Shown here piece by piece: positions 8,580 to 18,359 of a stretch of 64,000 nt of DNA; within the stretch, counting starts at the first letter, position 1, and every line of letters begins with the position of its first letter. Source of the DNA: a virus. A model generated the notes under the pieces. That model did not search any database and was not told the DNA's origin. It was given only the letters and a program-made list of their open reading frames with translations. The stretch covers positions 64,001-128,000 of IMG/VR virus record IMGVR_UViG_3300020123_000589; one strand, written 5' to 3'. The translations under genes were made by a program, and so were the position numbers.

Positions 8580-8609
8580 TAATAAAATGTGGTATAAGTA
8601 GGGAGTATT
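8580..8609 (+). promoter_or_regulatory. repeated 30-bp upstream motif (candidate phage promoter)
   Basis: TAATAAAATGTGGTATAAGTAGGGAGTATT; near-copies at 26670-26699 (+) and 51770-51799 (-). Confidence 0.55.
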
Positions 8610-8712
8610 AGGTTTCTCCCGACGATAAAAGCAGTAAATTTGTCTAAAGGAAAGCTCCTAGAATTGGTTAGGGCCGAAAAGCCAAAATTAAACTAAGGAG
8701 ATTCAAATAATA

Positions 8713-9294
8713 ATGGTATTAATTACACGAAGTATTACAAATACAAGTTCCTCAAAAAGCTTGCCTCTATTCGTTCCAGGATATGATCCAGAAAATCCTG
8801 TGACAATTGCTCCAAGTGCTACGCTTGATTTACTATCTGTTATGTCAGGCGAAACACTTCATGCGATGCAGGGAGAGCTTGCTAAGCTTATTTCGGATGG
8901 TGCTGCAACACTTGCCGCTTCTATGGATTCTTCTAATCTATGGCCAGCCGCAATGTTGAGTTATATTGCTTCTAATGACACGCAGATTGTCTTCAATCCA
9001 ACGTCTGGTAGTGCAACACATACTGCTGGATTTACAGTGGCTATTCAAGTTGAAAATGCTGCTGGTGGAATTGACATATTTGATAGCTCTACGACAGTGG
9101 TTGTTACAGCAACACCTACTGGGGCTTCTGTGCCATTGCTAAATGGCCATGCTTCTCCAATTACGGTCACTATGACAAATGGAGTTGCACATGTTTTGGT
9201 TACAGCAAATATCGCTGATACTGAAACGTTGTCATTATCCGCACCCAGTCGTTCTTTGACTGTTTCTTCAACCGCAGTAATTACACTAAGCTAA
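8713..9294 (+). CDS. virion structural protein with Ig-like C-terminus
   Basis: Beta-rich Thr/Ser/Val C-terminus; N-terminal domain paralogous to 20317-20895. Confidence 0.55.
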   Translation: MVLITRSITNTSSSKSLPLFVPGYDPENPVTIAPSATLDLLSVMSGETLHAMQGELAKLISDGAATLAASMDSSNLWPAAMLSYIASNDTQIVFNPTSGSATHTAGFTVAIQVENAAGGIDIFDSSTTVVVTATPTGASVPLLNGHASPITVTMTNGVAHVLVTANIADTETLSLSAPSRSLTVSSTAVITLS

Positions 9295-9311
9295 AAAATC
9301 TGTAAAAATAC

Positions 9312-9338
9312 TAGGGGAGATTCGCAAGAGTCTCCCTA
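9312..9338 (+). terminator. intrinsic terminator-like hairpin
   Basis: GGAGATTC-GCAA-GAGTCTCC followed by a T-rich tract. Confidence 0.6.
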
Positions 9339-9374
9339 TGTATTTTCACAAAAAGATAAGAAGAAGGACAGATA

Positions 9375-9647
9375 ATGATACAGAAAATAGCAGCATTTTT
9401 AACTAATTTATTAGATATTATTGACTTTCCTGGGTACACATTTTTAAACTTGTGGAGTTTGAGTTTATTAGTTGTATGTATTTGGGTTTGTATTATGACT
9501 AAATCAATACCAAATGCTGTAGCAGCCATATTTTCTAGTATTGTAATAGCATATTCTGCCAATAGTTTAGGTAACAAATATATATCTAAAAATAGTGATG
9601 ATTTGACTAAGGAGAAGAAAAGCAATGATATTATTGATCCTAAGTAA
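9375..9647 (+). CDS. putative holin
   Basis: 90 aa, two hydrophobic segments, charged C-terminus, upstream of endolysin. Confidence 0.55.
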   Translation: MIQKIAAFLTNLLDIIDFPGYTFLNLWSLSLLVVCIWVCIMTKSIPNAVAAIFSSIVIAYSANSLGNKYISKNSDDLTKEKKSNDIIDPK

Positions 9648-10218
9648 GATTTACAATTTTATTAAATTACATTGGAAAACCATTCTTATGGTTTTAGGCG
9701 TATTTTTTCTCTTGAACTCGGCTAGGGGTTGTTATCATAAGATTGTGCCCTCTAAACCCATTTCTGACCATTCTAACCCCACTGTACCAGTGCTTCCAAA
9801 GGATGATAAAGAGATCATTACAACTAATCCTACTAATGGTACTACGACAGTTACTAATTCAGAAGGTAGTACGACCGTAACGGGTACAAGAGGTACCACC
9901 ATTGAAATTAAGAAAGATGGGACGGTAAAAGTAACTGAGAAAACCATAGGATTTTGTCACAATATAGTTTTAGGAGCTGCTGTAAATAATACAGGTCCAA
10001 AGGGAACTGTAGGTTTAGAATGGTTCTTCTACAAGCGGTTAGATGTTCTTTCAGGTCTTGGGGCAGATAAGTATCTTTCTCATACCTCTCTTTTTACATC
10101 CGTTGGTTATACTCCAGTTAATAAAATTTTCCATGGAAATACGAGTTTTTGGGTTGGAGGATCAATTGACACGACTGGTACGAAAAGCGCAATTACTGGT
10201 TTTAGTGTTAGAATTTAA
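9625..10218 (+). CDS. membrane-anchored lysis protein (spanin candidate)
   Basis: N-terminal hydrophobic segment followed by ARGC, Pro/Thr linker, C-terminal amphipathic beta strands; inside lysis cassette. Confidence 0.45.
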   Translation: MILLILSKIYNFIKLHWKTILMVLGVFFLLNSARGCYHKIVPSKPISDHSNPTVPVLPKDDKEIITTNPTNGTTTVTNSEGSTTVTGTRGTTIEIKKDGTVKVTEKTIGFCHNIVLGAAVNNTGPKGTVGLEWFFYKRLDVLSGLGADKYLSHTSLFTSVGYTPVNKIFHGNTSFWVGGSIDTTGTKSAITGFSVRI

Positions 10219-10242
10219 TTGTTTGTAAGATTGGAGCTAATT

Positions 10243-10365
10243 ATGGAATGTCCGGCATGTGGTTCTAAGTTGGTTTCTTTGTTAAGTTGTGGTTGTGAAG
10301 ATGTAAATTGTAAAGATCTCCTGGAATGTAATGAATGTCAACAAGTATTTAATATGGGAAATTAG
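10243..10365 (+). CDS. 40-aa Cys-rich zinc-ribbon peptide (missing from ORF track)
   Basis: GGAG RBS; MECPACGSKLVSLLSCGCEDVNCKDLLECNECQQVFNMGN; stop abuts next ATG. Confidence 0.6.
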   Translation: MECPACGSKLVSLLSCGCEDVNCKDLLECNECQQVFNMGN

Positions 10366-10830
10366 ATGGATTTGAATTCAATTTTACAGTTTATTTTGTC
10401 GCTGATAAGTAAAGCTAAAGTTGACAATCCTGCTCCAAATCAAACTACAAACGCAAATACGATTTTAATTCAGCGTGATCCACTTGAACCAACAGTAGGA
10501 ATTTTTGGAAATGGAAGTTTAACGTGGGATTCATTCACGTTTACATCATTAGAAAACGAAAAACTTTACATCCCAGCAGGGACTTACAAGCTAGAATGGC
10601 ATGAGTCTCCTCATCTGGGAAATGCTACGGTTCCTATGTTAATAGGAGTTCTTGGACGTTCAGAAATACTTCTACATTGGGGCAACGTTGAAAGCTGTTC
10701 AGATGGTTGTATACTTTGTGGTTCTATTAGAGATGGAAATGCAATAGATACAACACAGACGACATGTAAAGAACTTTTTGCGAAGATTAATATGATAGGC
10801 ATTGAGAACTGTCAAATAACGATACGATAA
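10366..10830 (+). CDS. DUF5675-family L,D-peptidase-like endolysin
   Basis: SLEN...IPAGTY...P.L.GV.GRSEILLHWGN...SDGCILCG. Confidence 0.8.
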   Translation: MDLNSILQFILSLISKAKVDNPAPNQTTNANTILIQRDPLEPTVGIFGNGSLTWDSFTFTSLENEKLYIPAGTYKLEWHESPHLGNATVPMLIGVLGRSEILLHWGNVESCSDGCILCGSIRDGNAIDTTQTTCKELFAKINMIGIENCQITIR

Positions 10831-10843
10831 AAGAGGTCACAAA

Positions 10844-11419
10844 ATGGCCGAAGAGAAGACGCGATACAGAGTTAAAATTAAAAATTCCAAAGACAATTTA
10901 GTGTATGTCCCTTTCCCAGATCTTGTTGTAAAGTACACTAACGGTTGGGCAGAGCCGCTTAAAATTTTAGAAGGACAAGAAATCCCCTTAGCTGCATGTG
11001 ACCCAGAAGATGTTCGTAAAAGTTGGTTGGTTGGGTCACTTAAACGATATACAGATAGTGGATGGATCGAAGAATTTATTGTTAAACCAGAGCCAAAACC
11101 ACTTACAGAAAAAGAACTCAAATTTTTAGAAGCACTTAAACCTATTCAAGGTACTGGAGATATTCCTCTAATACCCATCCCCCCAAAACAAGTTTCTGAT
11201 GTATCAGAAGTTAAAGAAGTAAAACCAAATTTGCCAGAAGCACAAAATACTTTGTCCAATTTCAGTCTCGTTAATTCGTATGAAGATTTTAGCAAACTAA
11301 GTTACTTCCTTAAGCTCAGATTCATCAAGGAATCCAACAATAAAGAATTACTTAAAACCATTTTAGAAAAAACCGATAGTCACCAATTTAAAAATAACAT
11401 ACAAGTAAGACTTTCATAG
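10844..11419 (+). CDS. hypothetical virion-module protein
   Basis: 191-aa ORF with GAGG RBS. Confidence 0.6.
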   Translation: MAEEKTRYRVKIKNSKDNLVYVPFPDLVVKYTNGWAEPLKILEGQEIPLAACDPEDVRKSWLVGSLKRYTDSGWIEEFIVKPEPKPLTEKELKFLEALKPIQGTGDIPLIPIPPKQVSDVSEVKEVKPNLPEAQNTLSNFSLVNSYEDFSKLSYFLKLRFIKESNNKELLKTILEKTDSHQFKNNIQVRLS

Positions 11420-11434
11420 TAAGAGGAATCCATT

Positions 11435-12148
11435 ATGGGTGCAGTAATACCACCAGAATTTGGAGTTCCCCTTACAGCCGACGAATTGATGTCTACAATT
11501 CCAACGTCGATTCTGTATGGGGTTACGCCATCAAACGAATTTATCCCCATCAAAATTGCAAATGATGGAACGGTAGCTACTAATGCCACTTTTACAGGCT
11601 CCATTACTATTGGCGAAATTGGTGTTGATGATAAAACTCCATTTGTCTATGGAACTTCATTAGAACAGCCAATTGGCGGTGTTTATCAAGATACAAGTCC
11701 AACCCTTTCTTCTGGACAAACGGGAGCTGCAAGATTAACTGCTTATAGAGCATTTCATACAAATTTAAGAGACTCAAGTGGTAATGAAATATTTCCAGCT
11801 ACGGAAGTAACAGCAACATCTATTTTAGCAGATTTAGACAAATTTACTTTTTTAAGTACCCGACTGTTAGTGGATGGTAGCCAAGTTACTCAGCCAATTT
11901 CTGCAATTTCTCTTCCACTTCCAACAAATGCATCAAAAGAAACTGGTGGAAATTTAGATTCCATAAATGCTGGAATCGAGACATTAAATTCATTGGTTCC
12001 ATCTGTTTATGATTATATTGCTTTAAGTTATACAGGCAGCAATTTAACTCAAGCAGTTTATAAATTGGGTGGTGCAGGAGGTACAACAGTATCTACACTT
12101 ACAATTGCGTATAGTGGCAGTAATATTTCTTCAGTGACAAGGACTTAA
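11435..12148 (+). CDS. fibre-associated structural protein
   Basis: Shares GGVYQD...HTNLRDSSGNE and TQPISAISLPLPT modules with 12410-15448. Confidence 0.6.
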   Translation: MGAVIPPEFGVPLTADELMSTIPTSILYGVTPSNEFIPIKIANDGTVATNATFTGSITIGEIGVDDKTPFVYGTSLEQPIGGVYQDTSPTLSSGQTGAARLTAYRAFHTNLRDSSGNEIFPATEVTATSILADLDKFTFLSTRLLVDGSQVTQPISAISLPLPTNASKETGGNLDSINAGIETLNSLVPSVYDYIALSYTGSNLTQAVYKLGGAGGTTVSTLTIAYSGSNISSVTRT

Positions 12149-12149
12149 T

Positions 12150-12410
12150 ATGTCCCTTCAAATTGTTTTCAACCCATTTACAGGTAAATTTGATTTTGTA
12201 AATTCGACTAATACAACTATTCCTGAAGTTACTATGGACCCCTCTTCTCCAACGGCTGGAGAAACGTGGGTTTTAATGAGTAGTGTTGGTTTGGCTGGTG
12301 AAGCTATGGGAGTATTGGGATTAACTTATTCGGGTGATGCAGCACATAGTACCTATCAATTAAGTTACTACACGACAGAAGGGACGACGGTTAGAACGGA
12401 GCTTTCATAA
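12150..12410 (+). CDS. small structural protein
   Basis: N-terminal FNPFTGKFD motif; translationally coupled to next gene. Confidence 0.55.
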   Translation: MSLQIVFNPFTGKFDFVNSTNTTIPEVTMDPSSPTAGETWVLMSSVGLAGEAMGVLGLTYSGDAAHSTYQLSYYTTEGTTVRTELS

Positions 12411-15400
12411 TGACTAATTTTCAGATAACTCAAGGAACGGGAACGATCATTGCTACTGATACAGGTGGTGGTGGTGAAAATTATCAAAAAATTAAATTAA
12501 TTGATGCTACTTTAAGTTCTACTTCTCCTACTGGAGTAGCAGCTAATCCTTTACAGGTTTCATTAGCAAATACTGGAGCCAATGCCACTGCTATTACGGT
12601 GGATGGATCTGGAGTAACACAACCAATAAGTGGTACTGTGACGGCCAATCAAGGTGGTATTTGGAATGTTACAAATATTACTGGGACAATTTCTCTCCCA
12701 ACTGGTGCTGCTACTGAAACTACACTAACTGCAATTAAAACAGACACAGATAAATTGACTTTTGTAGCAAGTAGATTACTTGTGGATGGAAGTGGAGTTA
12801 CGCAACCAGTAAGTGGTACCATAACGGCGAATGCAGGAACTGGAAATTTTACTGTTGTTCAAAGTGTCGGTGCTAATTTACATGTTGATGTAGATAATTT
12901 TCCAGCTAAACAAACTGTTGCTATTTCTCAATCCGGCACAGATAATAATGTTTCAATAACCAATTTCCCAGCTACCCAGCCAGTTTCTGGTACTGTAACA
13001 GCACAAATTGAAGATTCTTCTGGTGGAAGTTTAACTTCAACAGGTGGGTCCCTCAATGTTAATATTACAGGTGGTGCCTCAAGTGGAGCCGTGCCTGATG
13101 GAACCTCCTTTGTCTATGGAATCACAAATGAAACTCCCGTTGGTGGAGTATATCAGGACGCATCTCCAGCTTTAACAGGCGGTAAAACAGGTGCTTTAAG
13201 ATTAACACAATTTAGAGGTTTGCACACAAATTTAAGAGATTCTAGTGGAAATGAATTATTAGGACAACAAGTTTCTGCTGATTCCATACCTGTTGTTATT
13301 GCTTCAAATCAGTCAGCCGTACCAGTATCAGGGACCGTAGCAGCAACTCAAAGTGGAAGTTGGACGGTTTCTTTAACAAGTGAAAGTATTGAAATTGGTA
13401 CTGTAGATCAGGGTACGCCTAATACAATTGCAAACGCTTGGCCAGTTCTTCCTACGGATGGAACAAACTCTCAATCATTTACTGCTTCTGGAGAAGCAAA
13501 AGTAACTGTTAATACTGCATTACCTGCCGGAACAAATGTAATTGGTCACGTAATAACAGATTCTGGTTCAACAACAGCCGTTACGGGTACCGTTGCAGCT
13601 ACTCAATCCGGCACATGGAATATAAATAATGTTTCTGGTACCGTATCGTTACCTACGGGAGCTTCTACATCTGCTAATCAGACCAATGGAAATCAAAAAA
13701 CTCAAATTGTAGATGGTAGCGGCAATGTTATTTCTAGTACTTCCAATTCTTTAAATGTTAATGTTACAAATACAGAACCCATTTCTGGTACTGTCACTTC
13801 AAATCAGGGAACTCCAAACACATTAGCAAATGCATGGCCAGTGGAATTATCTGATGGTACAAATTTATTAGGGACTTCGGCACATCCAGTAAGAATTGAT
13901 CCAACTGGTACTACTACACAACCAGTTAGTTTGGCCAGCACTACTATTACAGGGACTGTGGCAGTTACTCAGTCTACCTCACCATGGGTAGTTTCTGGAA
14001 CAGTAACAGCTAATATTGGTACAACTAATGGTTTAGCATTAGATACTTCGGTCAATGGCATTTTAGTTTCTCAAGGATCTACAACTTCTGGAGAGAAAGG
14101 TCCATTAATTCAAGGTGCAGTAACAACATCTTCACCATCTTATACAACAGCGCAAACTAGTCCACTCTCATTAACTACTTCTGGTGCATTGAGAACTGAT
14201 AGTAGTGCAACAACTCAGCCAATTTCTGCAATTTCTCTTCCACTTCCAACTGGTGCATCTACTTCAGCTAATCAAACAAATGGTTCTCAACAAACCCAGA
14301 TTGTTCAGGGCGGTAATACAGCAATTGTTGATGCAGCTGGTGATCTTCAGGTCGATATCAATAATTTCCCAGCTACTCAAACTGTAGCTGGAACGGTCAC
14401 ATCAAATCAAGGAGCTGCTGCGGCATTAGCTGGAGCGTGGCCAGTTGAAATAACAGATGGGACTAATATACTTGGTACTTCTAGTCATCCCGTAAGAATA
14501 GATCCTACAGGAACTACAACTCAACCCGTCAGTGGTACAGTAACAGCTAACGCTGGTACGGGAACTTTTAATATTCAAGCTAATGCCTCTGTAAATGTAA
14601 CTCAGATAAATGGTAATTCTGTAGTAACAGGTGGAGCTAACGGGTTGTTGGCTGTTTCTGGACCTGTAGCATCTGGATCAACTAATGCAGATAACCCATT
14701 AAAAACTGGTTCTGTATTTAATACTACGCAACCCACTGTAACCAATGGACAAATTGTTGATAATCAAGCTACAGCTCGTGGAGCACAAATTGTAGCCACA
14801 GGCGTAGACACATTTAATGTAACTGTTAATACTGCATTACCTGCCGGAACAAATGTAATTGGTCACGTAATAACAGATTCTGGTTCAACAACAGCCGTTA
14901 CGGGAAATGTTACTGTTGTTCAATCTACAGCAGCTAATTTAAATGCAACTGTTGTAGGACCTACGTTAACTAAAGGTACACAAGGTGCTACTGGATTCTC
15001 GGTACAAAATTTAAAAGACGCTGGACGTACTTATGTAACCTTTACCTCAGATGCTGTTGCTGGAGTAACATCTGAAACATTGTTAACCATGACACAAAAT
15101 CGTCAGGGTTCTACATCAAGCGCAAGTACTTATACTCCTACAAGTGGAAAAACCTTACGAATACAATCCATTACAGTGGGTGTTCAATCGGGGGCTGGTG
15201 CTGGAGAGTGGGTGCGTGTAAAATTCCGTCATAATACTGCTGGAGCTACAACTACATCGTCAGCGTTAGTTTATACAGTAGCTTGTGGTACTCCACAAAA
15301 TCAGGCAGCTACGGGGGGACAGGTTACTGCACCTATTCCTGACGGGTTAGAAATTTTTGGTGACGGTACTCAAACAATCGGATTTTCACACATTAGTTCT

Positions 15401-15448
15401 GCTACAACCAACGTAGAATCTATAACAATATGTGGGTATGAGTATTAA
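12410..15448 (+). CDS. long repetitive fibre protein (1012 aa)
   Basis: Thr/Ser/Gly-rich, with repeated TQPVSGTVTA, NAWPV, LPTGA and ALPAGTNVIGHV modules. Confidence 0.7.
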   Translation: MTNFQITQGTGTIIATDTGGGGENYQKIKLIDATLSSTSPTGVAANPLQVSLANTGANATAITVDGSGVTQPISGTVTANQGGIWNVTNITGTISLPTGAATETTLTAIKTDTDKLTFVASRLLVDGSGVTQPVSGTITANAGTGNFTVVQSVGANLHVDVDNFPAKQTVAISQSGTDNNVSITNFPATQPVSGTVTAQIEDSSGGSLTSTGGSLNVNITGGASSGAVPDGTSFVYGITNETPVGGVYQDASPALTGGKTGALRLTQFRGLHTNLRDSSGNELLGQQVSADSIPVVIASNQSAVPVSGTVAATQSGSWTVSLTSESIEIGTVDQGTPNTIANAWPVLPTDGTNSQSFTASGEAKVTVNTALPAGTNVIGHVITDSGSTTAVTGTVAATQSGTWNINNVSGTVSLPTGASTSANQTNGNQKTQIVDGSGNVISSTSNSLNVNVTNTEPISGTVTSNQGTPNTLANAWPVELSDGTNLLGTSAHPVRIDPTGTTTQPVSLASTTITGTVAVTQSTSPWVVSGTVTANIGTTNGLALDTSVNGILVSQGSTTSGEKGPLIQGAVTTSSPSYTTAQTSPLSLTTSGALRTDSSATTQPISAISLPLPTGASTSANQTNGSQQTQIVQGGNTAIVDAAGDLQVDINNFPATQTVAGTVTSNQGAAAALAGAWPVEITDGTNILGTSSHPVRIDPTGTTTQPVSGTVTANAGTGTFNIQANASVNVTQINGNSVVTGGANGLLAVSGPVASGSTNADNPLKTGSVFNTTQPTVTNGQIVDNQATARGAQIVATGVDTFNVTVNTALPAGTNVIGHVITDSGSTTAVTGNVTVVQSTAANLNATVVGPTLTKGTQGATGFSVQNLKDAGRTYVTFTSDAVAGVTSETLLTMTQNRQGSTSSASTYTPTSGKTLRIQSITVGVQSGAGAGEWVRVKFRHNTAGATTTSSALVYTVACGTPQNQAATGGQVTAPIPDGLEIFGDGTQTIGFSHISSATTNVESITICGYEY
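13502..13587 (+). repeat. 86-bp exact direct repeat (second copy 14819-14904)
   Basis: Identical GTAACTGTTAATACTGCATTACCTGCCGG...GCCGTTACGGG at both positions. Confidence 0.9.
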
Positions 15449-15460
15449 TAAAGGATTATT

Positions 15461-16105
15461 ATGAAAAATGCTTATGTTGATTATGCTACATTTTGGTCCC
15501 TTGTGACATCTAAAACTTTACTCGCACAATATGTAGATGCTACAGATACGTATCTTATATTTGCTATCGAGGATAGCATTTCATGGGAAGTGAATGTTTT
15601 AAAAGGTACTGATGATGCAATAGATTTTGAAACAAATCATAAATCTTCCTGTAACCAACCTTTAGAATATAGAAGTGTTGATGGTTTACCTAAGTATGCT
15701 TCTGCCATGTTTGTTGATAATTTATCATACTGGGTTGATGGATCTAATGGTAATTTAACAATCTCAGCTAATTCCACAGGCTATTTAAAAACTCATTTTT
15801 CTGTACCATTTAAATTAAACGGCGTAGATATTCACTGGGAAAATGCTAACTTCGGTGACAGTATTAATTTTGAAATAGGAATATACAGTGGTAATGATCC
15901 ATCGAATGAATCTAGTTTTGTTGCATTAGGACAATTTGCAAACCAATACAAAATTATGGGAACTGACACAAAAATGTTTCAAGTAGATACAGTTAAAACA
16001 ATTCCAGCATCTTATAATAATTTAGATATTTATATTCGTACTACATATTTTAATATTGGAAATAACTCAGTCAATATTTGCGTTAATTTATTGGGTTACA
16101 AATAG
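15461..16105 (+). CDS. structural protein, hypothetical
   Basis: 214-aa ORF with RBS; N-terminus resembles 17216-17482. Confidence 0.55.
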   Translation: MKNAYVDYATFWSLVTSKTLLAQYVDATDTYLIFAIEDSISWEVNVLKGTDDAIDFETNHKSSCNQPLEYRSVDGLPKYASAMFVDNLSYWVDGSNGNLTISANSTGYLKTHFSVPFKLNGVDIHWENANFGDSINFEIGIYSGNDPSNESSFVALGQFANQYKIMGTDTKMFQVDTVKTIPASYNNLDIYIRTTYFNIGNNSVNICVNLLGYK

Positions 16106-16118
16106 GGAGGAAGAAAAC

Positions 16119-16460
16119 ATGGCTTCAGTTACTTTACATGCTAGTGGAACAGAAACAAGCAGTGGAACTAGTGCGGATATACAGGCTCCCAGCACTACTT
16201 TAGTAGGAATGTTTGTTCATATTTCAGCGGTGTCTGGAGTACTTCCAACACTCGTAGTTAAATTACAAGAAAGTCCTAATGGAGGCATTGATTGGTATGA
16301 TGTTCCTGGCATTGTTAATGGAAGTGCATTAACTCTAGTAAGTCTTACAAATCTTTTGCCCTCAAGCACACAATTTATTGCTGATGATATTCGCGTAGTA
16401 TGGACAATTGGAGGAGTAGGTGCCAGTTTTACATTTGAAGTAATAGTGTTAACTACTTGA
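16119..16460 (+). CDS. small beta-sandwich structural protein
   Basis: Start moved to ATG after GGGAGG; LVVKLQESPNGGIDWYDV motif. Confidence 0.55.
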   Translation: MASVTLHASGTETSSGTSADIQAPSTTLVGMFVHISAVSGVLPTLVVKLQESPNGGIDWYDVPGIVNGSALTLVSLTNLLPSSTQFIADDIRVVWTIGGVGASFTFEVIVLTT

Positions 16461-16464
16461 TAAA

Positions 16465-16962
16465 ATGCTCACACAAATAGATCTTCATTCTGGTGATATT
16501 CTTCTATTTAAAGTGAAGCCCTCTTCATCTATTTTCTCCAAGTTAATTGGATTAGGGCAGAAGATTTTGGGTCATGCCCCCACCAAGGCAGAATATTGTC
16601 ACGTAGCACTTGTAGCTTTTGATTCTACTTTTGTAATGGAAGCACGTTGGCCAAAAACTAAAATCTCTAAAATAGATTGGACAAATTGGAACGAAGAATA
16701 CGATCTTCAACTTTTCAGAGTAAATAATGTTAAGCCCAGACAAATTTTAGATACTATACATTGGGCAGAAGATCATCTTAATGAATGGTATGATGTATTG
16801 GAATTATTGGGTGGGTGGATTAATATACGACATGCAGAAATTTGCAGTACGTATGTGCAAAAAGCCTGGAAAGCAGCTGGGATTGAATTTAAAACAAATG
16901 AAAATGGTTTTATAACGCCAGATGAGATTGCAGCATCAAATTTGATTTGGAGAGTTAAATGA
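16465..16962 (+). CDS. permuted papain-like NlpC/P60 enzyme (YiiX/YebB-like)
   Basis: GDILLF...HVAL (His) precedes ICSTYV (Cys); C-terminal ITPDEI. Confidence 0.8.
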   Translation: MLTQIDLHSGDILLFKVKPSSSIFSKLIGLGQKILGHAPTKAEYCHVALVAFDSTFVMEARWPKTKISKIDWTNWNEEYDLQLFRVNNVKPRQILDTIHWAEDHLNEWYDVLELLGGWINIRHAEICSTYVQKAWKAAGIEFKTNENGFITPDEIAASNLIWRVK

Positions 16963-17204
16963 TTAGAGAAGAAAATGAGACAAAAGAAGTTGCAGTAATA
17001 AAAGATGTTCTTTGTAATAAATGTGGTGTTAGTTGTTTATGTCATACTACATGTGGTTTTTCTTACGCTTCCTTGAACGTTCATTGGGGATATGGTAGCA
17101 CTAGGGATATGGAAGTTCATGAAGCTCAACTATGTCAAAATTGTTGGGAAGAAATTATAAAGACTTTTAAGTATCCAGATTTAGTAGCAGATAACATATT
17201 ATAA
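16959..17204 (+). CDS. small zinc-finger protein
   Basis: CNKCG...LCQNC. Confidence 0.65.
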   Translation: MIREENETKEVAVIKDVLCNKCGVSCLCHTTCGFSYASLNVHWGYGSTRDMEVHEAQLCQNCWEEIIKTFKYPDLVADNIL

Positions 17205-17215
17205 CGGAGAATATT

Positions 17216-17482
17216 ATGGCTAACGTGCAAATATACAATTTAACTTATACCGAGTGGAAAGCCAAAACAGGTACTGCCTATTATATTGATTACGGAAGTT
17301 CCTATCAACTCTATAAAGTTGATTCAACCCTCGCTAATCAAATTCTTTGGGCAGCGCATATTTTTTATGTTCCTCCCCTTACTACCGATCAACAAGCGGA
17401 TTTGACTGATTTTAACACAAATGTTTTAGGAACTGCTACACAAGTTGATACAGTGGATGAGGTTGTAAGTGATAATTTCTAA
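17216..17482 (+). CDS. hypothetical structural protein
   Basis: 88-aa ORF with GGAG RBS. Confidence 0.55.
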   Translation: MANVQIYNLTYTEWKAKTGTAYYIDYGSSYQLYKVDSTLANQILWAAHIFYVPPLTTDQQADLTDFNTNVLGTATQVDTVDEVVSDNF

Positions 17483-17492
17483 GGAATAAATC

Positions 17493-18305
17493 ATGCCTTT
17501 AAATTTGCCAACAGCTCCAATAATTTCTGGGATTTCCAGCACCCTTTTTACTGTCTCAATAGGTCTAGACAGCAATCCTCCTGGAACTTTTTATTCCTTT
17601 CGTGTAATAACGAATGGTATTATAAATTATATTACCAGCAGTGGAATTCTCTCTTCTGCGAATATGTATAATAATATACAGACGATCACAACTGTTAATG
17701 TGTCTCCAGGAACACAGTTTATTATTTCCGTGTCTGCTGCGACAGATGCCCAAGGATCTAATGCTACAGCATATGGGCCTTTTACTACTTTTTCCACATT
17801 AACAGCAGCAGTTTCTCCGCAGGGAAGATTTACACCGCAGCAACAAGCTATTATTGAGCAAAGTAGATTACTGATGCCGCAGAAATTTAGTGTGAATTGT
17901 AGTGATGAACGAATTTTAGCATTTGCTGAAGTAGTATTGGCGGATATTAATCTTTTTCCACCTCTTCAAGGATTTACGACAGATACGTTAATTCCTGTAG
18001 CACTTCCCCTTCTATATTTTGGGATTAGTTTGATGGCTGAGTTATTTTTTCAGATGTCAGCTACATTACAAGATTTCAATTATAATGACAATGGATTGGC
18101 TTTGAATATTGATCAGACAGGTAAAATTAACCAAAGTTACGTAAATATGTTGGAATTTTATAGACACATGATTACTAATTTTAAGAAGACACAGATTTTT
18201 GCACAGGGAGCCTTTGGAATTTCAAGCCCAAGATATCAAAGTCAGATTGGACAATTCCTAAAAATCAGCCTTGGTTCTTCATTTAATTGGAACTCCCCAA
18301 ATTAA
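17493..18305 (+). CDS. head-tail adaptor (neck) protein with N-terminal FN3-like domain
   Basis: Helical C-terminal domain ending DFNYNDNGLALNID; N-terminus paralogous to 18920-20263. Confidence 0.6.
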   Translation: MPLNLPTAPIISGISSTLFTVSIGLDSNPPGTFYSFRVITNGIINYITSSGILSSANMYNNIQTITTVNVSPGTQFIISVSAATDAQGSNATAYGPFTTFSTLTAAVSPQGRFTPQQQAIIEQSRLLMPQKFSVNCSDERILAFAEVVLADINLFPPLQGFTTDTLIPVALPLLYFGISLMAELFFQMSATLQDFNYNDNGLALNIDQTGKINQSYVNMLEFYRHMITNFKKTQIFAQGAFGISSPRYQSQIGQFLKISLGSSFNWNSPN

Positions 18306-18359
18306 TTTTTTTAAGTTGCAATAAGCTAGATTAAAATTCCCCAATACAGGAGCAGTACT

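Noticed and set aside
13502-14904. Diversity-generating retroelement TR/VR pair
   Set aside because: The copies are identical with no adenine-specific differences, and no reverse transcriptase is present in the window.
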